Assembly: GCA_905178155.1 (NCBI GenBank)
Contig: CAJINV010000002.1
Coordinates: forward strand, 8,810,225 to 8,874,224
DNA: 64,000 nucleotides
Reading direction: 5' to 3'
DNA from: Amoebophrya sp. A120
Lineage: Eukaryota; Protista; Dinoflagellata
Shown here: positions 25,018-37,574 of the stretch, piece by piece
How the letters are laid out: each line of letters begins with the position of its first letter
Position numbering within the stretch: the first letter of the stretch is position 1
Notes under the pieces: generated by a model
The model's input: the letters and a program-made list of their open reading frames with translations, nothing else
What the model was told of the DNA's origin: nothing
Database searches by the model: none
Program-made: the position numbers and the translations under genes

Positions 25018-27146
25018 GCTGGTGTGTTCTCTTCCTGGTCCACGTCCGTGGCTCTCCGCGAATGAATTATGATGCTGTGGTGATTGTGCAAAGGAGTTCG
25101 AAAGTTCTACACTGGGAGGTGAATATTTTTCAAAAAAGTTCTCCGAAAATTTTGCAGAATAAAAAAAAATGTCTCAAATTGGGAAAAGAAAATAGAAGGG
25201 TCGTTGAGTTGTGAACAATTACGTTAGAAAAATATTTCAAAAATGCATATGGATATGACAGCATGGCAACATGAAAAAATAAAGCGAAACCAGTTTTGTG
25301 CACAACTGTACTCCTCGTTTGAAGTAAGTTTCAATTGCAATTCTCAATGTGTGCTAGAACCGGGGGGCTCAAAAGCGAAGGAAAGCAAAAGGAGGTGACG
25401 CTGATAGAGTGTGTTCCAACACGCTTGTTGCGCAAGAACTTACTGTTACAACAGGCGGACAAACCAATTTCGTTGTTTTCGCACGCATTTTCTTTCGAAA
25501 CATACCACAGTACATCTCACGAAGCCGATGTGAATGACGTTTGCAAACGAGACGAGTGGAACGACAGATTCTCAGATGACGATGCTTTGTGAGTAGGACT
25601 ACAAGTACAATGCCCGATATCGCGTTACAGGTCCTCTTCTGAGTCGTACCTTGACCGACTAAACCAACGCCAAGCTCTGTGTGACGCATTTTTCAGAAGA
25701 ACGATAACGATGCTACTCAAGCATTGACGGGAACGATTGTAATTAACCGATGCATTACCATTATATTATCGGACAAAACCGAATAAAGAATAGATGCAAC
25801 AAAAGCTGAAAGGACAGAAAGAGTACTGATACTCAACGTAAACCGATCCAAGCATTCGTTACTCTGTGCAGTGCCACGAGCATCTACTTAGCTGCCAGCA
25901 GCTCAACCGATTCTAGGTATGTTGTGTTTCGCTTTTCGTTTTTTTCAGTTTTATTTCTGGTCGAAGTTTTGTCGGATCGGCGCCCGGTTCTGCGACGTCG
26001 CAGCACACAGAGCTTGGAAACTACCTGATCGCCCCCGACAAAACCTCAGTCAGAAACAATCAGGAAGACAAATTCCGCAGGTATGAAGCAGATCGAGATC
26101 CAATTCAACCGCACGACCAGAAATGGGAGCGCCCCCCGATCGGTTCTCTGTCTTCCGGATGGTAAAAGAAGGCCGAAAAACCTGCTAAAAAAGCTGATAG
26201 TGAGAGGCAAATCAATGCGGACTTTACTTTTCATGCTGCCTGATCTTGATCTCGAGAAGAATTACTGGATCGCTTTTGCATGGGTGACTAGGTAGATTTC
26301 AAGCACCGGCACAGGGGAATGATCAGCCCTGTGTTGCACTATCCCGCTCTGGAACAGCTTCATCCTATTGCTAACCAACCAAGTCCGCAAGACCATCGTC
26401 ACCGTCAGACTATAGCGATATAATTATTCTTCTTTATCTTTTTTCAAAATTCCAATAGAAACACTCTATATTTGCTGTATGAAGGTCTTTCGCCCAGGTG
26501 GATTCATAATCATGAAGACAAGTCTGTGAAATATGGATACGAGCTTCTCCAAGGCATTGTGGGGGTTGCTACGGTGGGAGTTCCTCACTTTTTGTCGTCT
26601 ATTCGAGAAGATTCCACGAGCATAGATGCAGAATATCTTCGTCACGACGACGTAAACGCAGCTTGGGCTCGATCAGATGCCTCATTTCGTTCTCCATTAT
26701 GTTGATTATTGAGAAGCCATAATCCGTCTTCTTACCTACAAATATCTCTGGACATTGATTGGTGAAAGTTCAGTGGGAACAACTGCAAGTGGTTTCGTTA
26801 ATAAAAGCACATTGATTTTTCAGTGGTGGAGGAAATACTCATCGTCAAACGTACAAGTGAAGATACCAAAGTCAAACGAGTTCTAGTTTTTGTTCCTCGT
26901 GCAACAATTTTTGTCAGCCGGGCCTCGGATAATCAAAAGCCGCAGTTGTCCCGCTCCTATGGACCACACTTGCGGCGTCTTGCTATTATCATCTCCCTGG
27001 AGCGTCCTGTTCTATCGTTTTCAATCAAAAATCGCTGCCCCCGCGGTCCTCGTGCTTCGGAATTTCGAGTAGCATCACGGCCGCTCTTTTCCTTGGAAAA
27101 AGATCATCAGGTCTTCCATCTCTGACAGATAAATATCAGATGATCT

Positions 27147-28180
27147 TTAAAGCATCAGCCCCATGCCGAGGCCCAACGCCATGCCGCCGCCCAATCCGAG
27201 ACCAAGGCCACCGTACGGGTACATGCCGTAGCCGTAGGGGTACCCGTAGCACCCGTAGCCGTACCCGCCGTAGGGGTAGCCATAATACGGGTAGGGGTCG
27301 TACGCGTACATCGGCGGGCGGCGACGCACCACGACCCGCTGTGGCTGTCCCCCGGCTTCCTGCTTCACGTTTTCCCCTTTCCCCGTCTGCACCTTCAACC
27401 GGTCGCTCTGGTTCGGCGCAAGCTTCTCGCCCGGCTTCAATTTTAGCCGTTCGCCCTTGTTCAGCCGCACCTGCTTCTTCGTCCCGTTCGCGCGAATGAT
27501 CTCTACCAGGATCGGCGGGTGCTGTTCCTCGACTGGAACAGACTCCACAGACGCCGATCTCTGCTTTGGGCTCGGCGCGGGTACCTTATCTTCTGCCTCA
27601 GAGGTTTCGGGAGCGGCGATCGGGACCCCGGTGACAACGTGGGTTCCGGAAACAGGGGTCTGTAGTTGCATGTTAGTTAACGATGATGTTTTACTTTTTT
27701 GATTGCATGATTCTTCGCACGAAGGACTTGATACCGCACTTCCACGATCACGAATTTATCAAAATTGCTAAATAGCACAAGAGTATCTATGTGCCTACTC
27801 ACTTTTTCCGCAAAAAAAAATAAGTAAAAAATCCATCATAAAACCGAAAAACAATTTAGCACAAGCTCCTTCGGCACTGTACGAGCTGCCAAGGCGAGCT
27901 GCCAAACCGAAAAACAAAAACGCTGTACCTCAGAATGCAGCGATGCCCTACGTTCCGACGGGAGCGAGTGAATGCTGTCGCGCTTCTCTTGCTTCGGTAC
28001 TGCTTCCGCCGCCACATCGCCGGCAGCGGGTAAGGGCTCCGCTTCCGCTGCGGGAACATTTTCCGCACGTTTTTCTTCCATCTTGTCCCCTCGATTTTGC
28101 TGATTTCCCATTTCGATTTCCGTCTGTTTCTCCTCTTCAATAACGTGGTCTTGTTGATGCGCTCCTTCCTTTTCTGCCAT
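27147..28180 (-). CDS. Gly/Tyr-rich protein, paralog B (two exons)
   Basis: Exon 1 ends SLHSE|GTACAG and exon 2 starts CTACAG|TPVS in frame. It carries VEIIRANGTKKQVRLNKGERLKLKPGEKLAPNQSDRLKV and a GLGMGLML tail. An alternative start MGNQQ lies at 28111. Confidence 0.75.
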
Positions 28181-28968
28181 CACTGCTAGCTTCAAAATTT
28201 TCTCGGCACAAAACTAAAACTTAAATTGGTACTCCGCTTGTTCTTGTAGTTGATGATGTATAATTCTTGGTTGATGGGTTAATATACAACGGGTTTAATA
28301 TCAGGGTCAAATGTCGCTTGTTGATATGTAGTAAAAATATCTTCTTCTTCTTCAAACTATTGAGTGTTACTTTAGCTCTGAAGATGGAGAAAATTGAGAC
28401 GATGAAAACGCCTTGACAGACCGATTTTTTGACGATGGTGACGACTTTCTTGGCGAAGTAAATGCGACCTGATTTAGCCCAGATCTGCTGTCGTGGATCT
28501 TCCTCAGATCATGGTATTTGTATTTCGAATCCTCGCTGGTCTGGAACGATTTCAGTTTTGATCGGAATCGGATTTGTACAGATCTGTCTACCATTTGTCA
28601 AGCGAAGGTTGTGTCACACACGGCACAACTACTACCGATTTTCTACCGACAGAAACGGTTGAATTTGATGAACTACATTCATAATAATTCCGATGAAGCA
28701 TCTGACCGATGCACAGAATATCTGACTAATGCGAGATGGCGAAGAAATAGAAGACGAGCGCAAAAATGCGCCGAAGCTGTGGTTCACGCTAGACGTCTCC
28801 GTAGCTGCTCTGCGCAAGGACATCGCCAACCTTCGTTTCATACGAGCACCTGCTTCTATGCGTAAGAGTCGCTTTCGCGCAACTTCGTCATGTAGTTTCA
28901 TTCAAGGTTTCTCTTTTTGCAGTTCATCATGAGGAGATGAGATAAAGCAGAAGAGATAAGGATCACCA

Positions 28969-30395
28969 TCACGTCCCAGTCTCTACCACCGCGTGCTCTT
29001 CTATTCTGATCTCTCTCGCTGCAACACTCTTGCCCGATTTTTTCGTCTTCCTGCTCGCCGCCATCAAGGGCGCTTGTTGAAGACCACCATTTGTCAAACC
29101 CGCACTATCGGGACGACCCTTGAGCATCTGCTGCTTCTCGGCTTTTCTGCTGTCCTCGTGGGGCCCTTCTTCTTGTGTAGGCTCTTCCAGTTCGACCGAG
29201 TCTTGCCGTTCCCGCTGCATATTAAACACACGACTTTGCGGCAATCCAGCAGCTTCCAGACTCGGTCGAGCAATCACCTCCTCGTCTTCGTCGTCATGAA
29301 AATAATCGTCATCGCCGTCCTCCAAGCCGGCTTGCACCGCGTTGGTCGGCTCATCAGAAAACAGGGCGCTGTAGTTGTGCAAGAAATTTTGTTATGTTTC
29401 CCACATCACCGCGCCGAAGAAATGGAAAATATCAAAGAAAGTTTAAGATGCGAAAAAGAAATTGGTCCTCCTTCAAGAATTTCGAAACAAAGAAAACATT
29501 AAAGTGGACGAGTTTTGGAAAAGCAATATGCCACTGGAGAAAAGAATTCCTAGCGCGCACAAGACATCAATCAAACACGGTTTTATCAACGTTACTTACT
29601 GCTTGCTAAGCCGGTTGGAGGAATCGGGCTCTGGCAAGACGGTTACCACCGCTTCTGCCCCGCCATCGGGCTGCAACTCTCGATTGCTCTGATCCAAGAA
29701 CTCCTGCAGTGTCGTGTTTGGCGGGGCGCGCTGGTACTGGTGGTTTGCTGCGCGCCACTTTGTAACGTCCATCGACTCAAACGACCGGCGCGGCCACCGA
29801 CACAGGCACAGGTTCACAAAGAGGGTCCTGTTTGGAATGATTGTCCTTAGAACGTAAACAGTGACTGGCAAGCAGCATGAAAACTCGGGGTGGTCGTCAC
29901 TGGCCAGCGGTCTGCAGAAGAAAAACTGCTCGACGTACTTAATCAATAATGATTCGACGTAAAACCACATCATAAATTTCCGTCCATACAAGCGCTGCGC
30001 CAGCCAGTCTCAGTTCTAGACACCGCTACAACAGTGAGAGGCTTTCCAGCATAGTTTAGCGATGTTCCTTTGATCCTAAAAGTAAAACACGCTATTGTAG
30101 ATAGAACTTTCACCCACCTTCCCGCTTTTGTCACGGCGCCTCGCCAGCCGCTTGCTGAGGAGCCTCCACCAGGTTCCGAAGAGCGATCGTCGTTGATGCT
30201 GCTCACGTCGATGTTCAGGATCAGACTTTCCCGCTGCGTGTTATTCGAACTGCTCGCCGAGGAGCCCCCGCCCGGGCTGTCGCTCATGCGCATTTGCAGG
30301 GGCGTTTCGTAGTGCACCTCGTACGGAGATTGGAGCAACGGCTCGGCTCGCAACTGCGAGCCGGAGCGGGACGTAGACGAACTGTCGCTGTGCAT
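28969..30395 (-). CDS. Hypothetical protein, three exons
   Basis: Three minus-strand ORFs join in frame through a non-canonical intron 29977-30107 (GAAA direct repeat) and a GT-AG intron at ~29370-29599. Confidence 0.6.
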
Positions 30396-31216
30396 GGTGA
30401 TCTTTTACGGATTCACGGGTAAAATATTTCGGACCTTCACGCTAGGAGTAGAAAGTTTCAACTTTATATTTCAAGCAAAAAAGGGTAGCAAAAGCGGAGG
30501 TAGTGAATATTTTCTTCTTTTTCACACAAAGACAAGAGGTGGAGGAATTCTGGAATGTAAAGGCACGCCAAAAGGGGCGAAAAAGCTCTCTTATCTTGCG
30601 AATGCGAAATGTAGTCAAAAGCAGTAACTGATCGCACTGACCGTGGGCGGGATTTACTGCACGACAGAGAGGGGAACTGTGCCTGTCAAAAGAAACAAGG
30701 GATCCAAAAAGGACACATCACTGCAGGACTCCTGCAAAATATCTACCAGCATCAAGACAACCGAGCTGTGAAAGAATGCGAAACGCCTTTGCTTTCCTCA
30801 ACACATCTGCATTATTCAACTTTGGCCGCATTTTTTCCTGCGGCTGCGATGTACACGCTCTAAATGTTTTGATGACATCCAAGGCAAAGACGACTCTCGG
30901 ATGGAGATAGTCAATCGTAATCGAATTATTCAGAACACGACGTGACCGGAGACATATCACTCAGAACGGGTTGTATGTCTGGTGCTTGCTGCTCGGGCAG
31001 ATGACACCAACAGTGATTTCAAATTCTAGGTCAAAACTAAGTCCGCATCCATGAAAAACTGCGATGATGTAGCATACCGTACTTCCTCGTCTAGACTTCA
31101 GTCGATTGTCGTCTTTTGTTGATGTCCTGACACCGTAGCACGCTCTTGTGTCGAATCCTTTCGAGAATCGCCTTGTTCCCGATAAAAATTACGTCCGTCT
31201 CTGCAGAACCATCAAA

Positions 31217-33117
31217 TCAAAATGTTTGCCCCGGCTTGTTGACCTGAAAGCGCACGTCGCCTTTTTCAAAGAAGTCCACGATTTGCTTAGCCGCAGCGAT
31301 GCCGGCGTTGTTGTTTGCCTCCGACGTCTGCGCTCCCATCTTCTTTTTGGTGACAAAACACCTCTTCTTGCTAGCGTTGAGTTGTTCCATGTCAAAGGTT
31401 GGGGCGACGTCAGAGATGTAGGAAAGATCAGCACCTGATAGAGGAAACAATCAGACACAATATTGATTCGAATCTGCTGCAAAAGAAAACCTATTTCATA
31501 CTTTTCTGCATCACCAGCTGCCACTCTGCTAAGTGTAAGCGCGTACAGCGATGAAGAAAAGTGCAAAGTAAACACAATGAATTGCTAGGTTTCAAGTACG
31601 TTCCGCGAACGCCTCCAGCAGTCCTGCTTCGTGGACAACCTCGGCTCGAGCGGTATTGACCAAAACCCCGTTCTTTGGCATTTTTAGCAGGAAATCCTTT
31701 CCAATCGATTCCTTCGTTTCCGGAGTGCAGGGAATGTGGAGGGAAACAAAGTTCGCGTCGAAAAGTTCTGCTACCTGATATGATAATTATGACCCGGCTG
31801 TACTTTTTAGCAGGTCCCTATTTGCTGTCGTGCGCGGCGCGCGACCATTTTTTCTGCGTCTGATCCTGATACAAAGAACAAGAAGATTTATTGCGCAAGG
31901 AAAAACACAGACAATCTTGCGTTTCTTGTGACCAAAAGTCCGATACCGACCCCACTGGCACTGCGCCGGCACTTTCAATGTCTTCCTTCTTCAAAAAAGG
32001 GTCGTATGCCAGCACTTTCATTTCGATATCCTGTGTAAAAACGTCCCCACACCATAGTTGTCATGCAACTCTGCATGCTTAAAATGTTTCTCATGCGGAG
32101 CCCCACGAGAAGCATTTTCTAATGCGGTTTTGAAATTTGTCATGCTCCAATCAGCATGAGCTACTAGACCTGTAATGCTGCTGAACTAGCTCAAACAGCA
32201 CTACACTACGCGTCCAAATTTGTCATGCGCAGCAATCAAAGCTGTGGGATTTGTTTAGCAGATTTCCCATGTTGACTCTGGTGTGGGGACGTTTTTACAC
32301 AGGATATTCGAAGCCCTTCGCCAATCGGAACATGTTCCTCGCTACCTGCCCGAACCCGTGCAGGGCCAGCGTCTTGCCCTGAATAAATTGGAGAGTTTTC
32401 TCTTTATCAAAAGCTGGCGCAGCACGGTACTAATCAGCAGCCAAGGCAACAGCAGCGAGGACTCCACATAAAAAATAGCATGCACCCTGAAGATGATCTT
32501 AATGCCTTTAAACAAAAAACACCCTTCGCCCCTCCTTCTTACCTTCAACTCGTAGCCAGAGCTTCCGTCGTAGTGGTTTCTGATTTGTGTGATCATCATG
32601 CCAAAGGCAAGCTCAGCCACCGCATTCGAGTTCTGCCCCGGTGTATTCATAACGACCATACCTTGAAACATTTTTCGTACCTCTGTCTGGTGCAGCTAAA
32701 AATTTATCAGCAGCGCGCTCGTGATGGACCAGCTCTGTTGCAATAATTGAAAGAAACCGTGCCGAAGTCGCTGGTCCTTTTGCCACAGCACATGGCATTA
32801 GCAAGCACTACTTCTTTTCGCCTCTATTTACCTCTTTCGGTCGCCGCATTTAGGTCAATCGTGTCGACCCCGGCTCCCGCCCGGACGATGAGCTTCAGCG
32901 AATCCTTGCAGGCGTCCATAATTTCGGCCGTCATTTTGTCGGACCTCACGATCGCAGCTTCGGACTTTGCCAATGCGGTTTTGAGCTCTCCCACATCCTT
33001 GTAGTTTTCCAACTTTTCCAGCGTGTAACCCGCATGCTTCAGCACATCGTCGATCTGGGCCACCGCCGGGCCGGCGAAAGGCTTTTCCGTAGCCAGCAGA
33101 ACGGAGTGGGCCGGCAT
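31217..33117 (-). CDS. PHGDH: D-3-phosphoglycerate dehydrogenase, short type IIIK (Lys in place of the catalytic His), six exons
   Basis: Motifs IVRSD, IVRAGAGVDTID, NTPGQNSNAVAEL, GKTLALHGFGQVA, AYDPF, SLHIP, LVNTAR and TKKKMGAQT. Introns 32662-32831, 32379-32542, 31775-31946 and 31435-31599 are GT-AG; one non-canonical intron lies at ~32022-32306. Confidence 0.9.
32027..32306. mobile_element. TIR introner (non-canonical intron) in PHGDH
   Basis: Perfect 28-bp TIR TATCCTGTGTAAAAACGTCCCCACACCA with TTCGA duplicated (32022-32026, 32307-32311). Removal restores KGFEMKV. Confidence 0.93.
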
Positions 33118-33676
33118 CTTGTTTGCGAGAAGCTGGGAGTAGTTACGTAAACTAAGGTGAGGCAAAGGCAAAGCAAAAGAAAATTGGAGAAAATAAGTGC
33201 GCAAACTAAGTCGTTCAGTTTCGGAAAACACCAAATAGGTGCGCTCGCATTGCCTTCATGATTATTGCGTTTTTGCAAGTGGAGCCAGATCAGGAACAAA
33301 GCCCAGGTGTGATGAAATAAACATGATCATTTCTTTTGCTCTTCTCTGATGGTTGCGCTTTTTTTGCCGAGGAAAGCACACATGATGATGATCGTCTCAT
33401 CATAAAAGAATAAACCGAGGACCAAAATCTAAGCGATTTGCGTTTCGCTTTCGTTGAATCAATAGCCAAAAACTCGTTTCCATAAACCCAAACAAAAAAC
33501 AGAAGCAATTTTACAAACGTGGTGGCAGCGACGATTTTCAATGCTGCACCGAGATGAACAACAATTGCAAGGCGGAGCAAAGCACAAGAACTTGCGCCGG
33601 TGCCATTTCTCTACCAAAAGTGGCGCTCCAATTAGACAGAAGTTGATGTCAGTCGACAAAAATGCTTCCCAACTTC

Positions 33677-36600
33677 TCAATACTTGAAGCCATTAAGCAG
33701 GCTCGCGGCCGCCTTCTCGATCATGTCAAAGTTGGTTCCTCCCCCCCGGGATGATGTTGTAGTTGTTCCTGAAAACGCAGGAGTAGTTGTATGATTCATG
33801 GTAGCGTTAGAGAGAAAATTTGAATTCGAACTATCTTCCTGCGCTACGAAATTTGGGTCCTGTTTTCTCAACAACGCAAGTTTTTCCGCAGTAATGGCTC
33901 CCGTGTCTAGGAACGCCCGTGTCTTCACCAAAATCGCATTCACGTCGATTGTCCCCAGTTCGCGCACCTCTCGCGCCCATTGACCGATGATCTCCTCTGG
34001 CCGTTCCGGCCCGGCGTTTTTATCCGGCGCGTTTTGGGAGGTCGGGCGGTCTTTACTCATGTTCACCACGGTCATGGCGCACAGAGCAATGAACAGAGCG
34101 AACATCGCCTTCGGACCCTCTAGGATGAACACGTCCCAGCACCGAATCAGTGCGGGAAGGGGTAAAGTGTGACCGAACAAACACAGGAAGGGGTCGACCG
34201 CGAAAAACAGGAGGTCGAGGTTCGCCGCATGAATTTTCTGCAGAAACTTCGGGCATAGTTCCTGCATCAACTTCTCCAACACGTTGATGTCCACCATCAG
34301 ACTCTTCATGCTCACAGAATGGTAGTTGGGCGTCAGATGCTGCAGAATCTCGCAAAACAAATCAAACTCCTGTTGCCGCTCTTCCGCGAAGGGATCTGAT
34401 AGTAGATGCACGACCTGTTCTTGTTCCAGCTCTTCCTTGGACTGCTTCTGGTCGTGTACAGTTGTTTCCTGATGTGCGAGGGCCATTGTTCCGCTTGGCG
34501 ATGCAAGACGTTGTTGCTGTTCAGCTGGTCGTGCTTCGTGTGCGTCACTACTCATGGCAGCTGCATCTGCCGCTTCCACGATGACGAGATCTTCGTGACT
34601 GCTCTTAGTGGATGTGACAGCTGCACCTCCCGTCGTGCAGTTCTCCTTGAGAGGACTGTTGATGTGCCGGAAATCGGAGTGCAAGAATACCAAAACGCCT
34701 GCAATCACGTTCATGCTTTGGCAATACCCTATGACGGGATTGAAAACGCAGTAGGCTTTCAGAATCTTTCGCACGGCGTCGCGCTGCCAGTCCTCCGTTA
34801 GCGCCTTCGGCAGCGTGCGAGGGAGATCAACTTCGATTTGCCGCACTACGTAGTTCGGGATCTGATACGACTGCGATGATGTGGCAGTGGCCGTGACGGA
34901 GGAGCTTATCATGTTATCGACATGCGGAGGCTCGCCTTCTTCTCGCCCTGGTCCTGTCCCCGTGTCGAACGAAGACGTCGCTGGACTCGCTTGCGCGCTC
35001 GCTTTTTGAAAAAGTTGCAACTCTTCCACGACCGCGGACCCGTACTTTCGTTCGAACAACGATAGCTGTCTGGGATAAATTCTGCTTCTCTCGACTTGCT
35101 CCGGTATCATCTCAGGTGCGCCACGGGTCGTGCCAGGAGTTGTTCTGCCGGCGTGCCACCTCAACAGCTCCTGCCATAGTCTCGCTCTGCGGTCCCCTGG
35201 AATGCCGAACTCGTAGCACAGCTGCCGGATTTTGCTCAGCTTTTCAGTATTGATGTGAAGTTGCGAATCTTCTTGGTTACTATCTCCTTGAAACATGATT
35301 CCAAAAAAATCGGGCGCAATTATTCCAGCGTCGTTCCACGCGCGCAACTGCGCTTCCGTGCACTCCGGAAGTTGCGGCGAATCCAGAGACAGGAGCTCGT
35401 CCTCTGATAGGACCAGGATCCAATTGTCAGACAGTTCCTCCATCATCTTTTCCATGGTGTCATTTTTCTCACCGGCATGTTTCTTTTTCTGTTCCTTCGC
35501 AGCACCGGAAGTAGATTTGTAGTTGCCACCAGTATAATGTTTGCTACTCGAACTGGAGCTGTTACTGCTCCCGACGCGAAATTTCGCGACGGAATGCTTT
35601 AGCCGGTTTTTCAGGGTCCACGCAGACCGTGGCTTCGCGTTGAACGAGAAGGGAGATTGAGTTTGCTGACTGTGCGACAGGCCAGTGGGGTTCGGATGCG
35701 GATGGGGATGCGCGGAGGAACTATAACTTCCTACCCCACCAGTACCTCGTGCTGCGTCTCCTACCGCGAGCGGTGAAGCCAGTGGAGGCGGCAGATGAAC
35801 TACTGCTCCACCTGAGTCGACAGTGTGAGAACTTTTGCTCCTGGATGAACCGCTTACAGTTGCGCTTTGTTCTTGGAGCCGAAGGCTTTCACAACTATGA
35901 AACACGTGCGCCGTGACAGACTGGGCCAAAATCCGACTGTTCACGTTTGTTCTCGCCGAATTCAGCGCGTTCTTTCCCACCACACCCTTCACAAGATGTT
36001 GCTCTTCCTGTGAAGACGCGGTAGAAGTTCTGGCACTTCCCCAACCAGCATCTACCCAACTCCCCCCGGAATTGTCCAGCCTGCGCAGGACTTCCGCGTC
36101 TGTGCACACGTGTCGCACCGTCTGCAGATCGCACTTCTTCAGAAAATTCACCAGCAGCCGTACCTGTTCCCTCGGGGGGAAATCGAGCAATTGGTCGACG
36201 AAGGTTCTCGCTGGCTGAGGTGGACCAACTACACCTTGTGCTGTTGGCACCGGGTTCTTCTCCGTCGTGTCAGCCGATCGCGATTTCGACTTCGATGACC
36301 GCGAACCTCCTGCAGACGTGCTCGAGCTTGATATGCAATGCAACAAAATCGTTCTAGTCGTAATTGCAAGACAATAAAACTTTTTCCACAAACACAATCG
36401 GTATCAGAGAACGAAATTGGAAATAATAGACAACAAAGCATGCAAGTTTGTTTGCCACTGTTGCTGTTGCAGAAGTGTAGTTACAACTAGTACGAACACG
36501 CTACATTTGCACAGGATACTTGCGGAATGAAACCAGCTCGAGATGAGGCCCGCTCTTGAGGACGAGGTCTTCGAAGCAGTTCCTGCTCCACTCGCGGGCG

Positions 36601-36706
36601 CAGCAAGCGTTGGCGGTTTCCCGCTTGGTACTGAACCGCGACCGGATGCAACACTCGTGGTCTCAGGGGAAGGACCCGAAGAGGCAGCTGGCGTCGACGG
36701 AGGCAT
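33677..36706 (-). CDS. TBC-domain Rab GTPase-activating protein
   Basis: GIPGDRRARLW, QIEVDLPRT (Arg finger), GYCQSMN (Gln finger) and RCWDVFILEG. A 192-nt non-canonical intron at 36327-36518 joins the two ORFs in frame. Confidence 0.9.
36332..36518. mobile_element. Degenerate TIR introner in the TBC gene
   Basis: CTTGA/CTTGC near-direct repeat. One end reads TATCCTGTGCAAA, like the PHGDH introner TIR, and there is an internal degenerate inverted repeat CTAGTYGTAA. Confidence 0.65.
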
Positions 36707-37574
36707 GACGGTCTTGATCCTTCGAATATCAGTTTCAGTTCGCCAAACAGGACGATCGAGGTCGTTTTCCGTCAAGAAAAGTTGGTAGAAAGTGGCAGTT
36801 GTAGGAGGTATTTTTATTGCAAATTGTCGATCGCTCCTTCAACAGGAAAACGTGTCGGGAAAGGATCGGATCTTTCATTTTGGTCGGCAAGAGCGCGACA
36901 ATGAAGCTTGTTTGACATGAAGACTTGAGATGTAAATCGATCTACACCAGTACCACGAGAACGGGCACATTTCGTCCTCATGATGACGATATAGAAGTAA
37001 GTAAAACTGCTAGGCTTTTCATCAAGGCCTACCAAGGCTCACCATCGATATCGAATGATCACTTGTGACATAACACGCACGGACTGTGTGCGAGGTGAAT
37101 CGAAGAACGTCAATGCGTAGAGCCAAACATCATGCTGGGGGCGGTAGGGACCTGATAGAAGTGCATCATGCGGCGAACAAATGATACCCCCACAGTGTGC
37201 ACGCAGAACAGAGCAAACGCCACTGCGACCAAAAAAACTCAAACGTATGAGAAAATTTTGTGTGTAATCAGCGCGAAGGAATAACAAAGTCAGACCGATA
37301 TGGAGACAAAGTCAATTCGAAAGGAGAAAGAACCGCGAGCAAATTTTATCCAGCAATCCAAAACCTTGCGGCCCATGTAATTTTCACGATGCACAATGTA
37401 GCAAAATCCGAAATTAATGCGAGAGCCCAGGGGCTAAAAGGCTGTGTTAGGAACATGTCGAAATCAGCACTCTTCTGTCGTCTCTTCTATCCGTCATTCC
37501 GTGGTCCTGCCAAATTTGACGTACTTCACTCGTGGCACAACTACCGTCCTGAAGAAACACGACTATTATGATTT

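Noticed and set aside
26083-28932. Plus-strand protein-like fragments (26083-27125, 28330-28932)
   Set aside because: They are short and interrupted by stops, with no recognisable family or consistent splice model.
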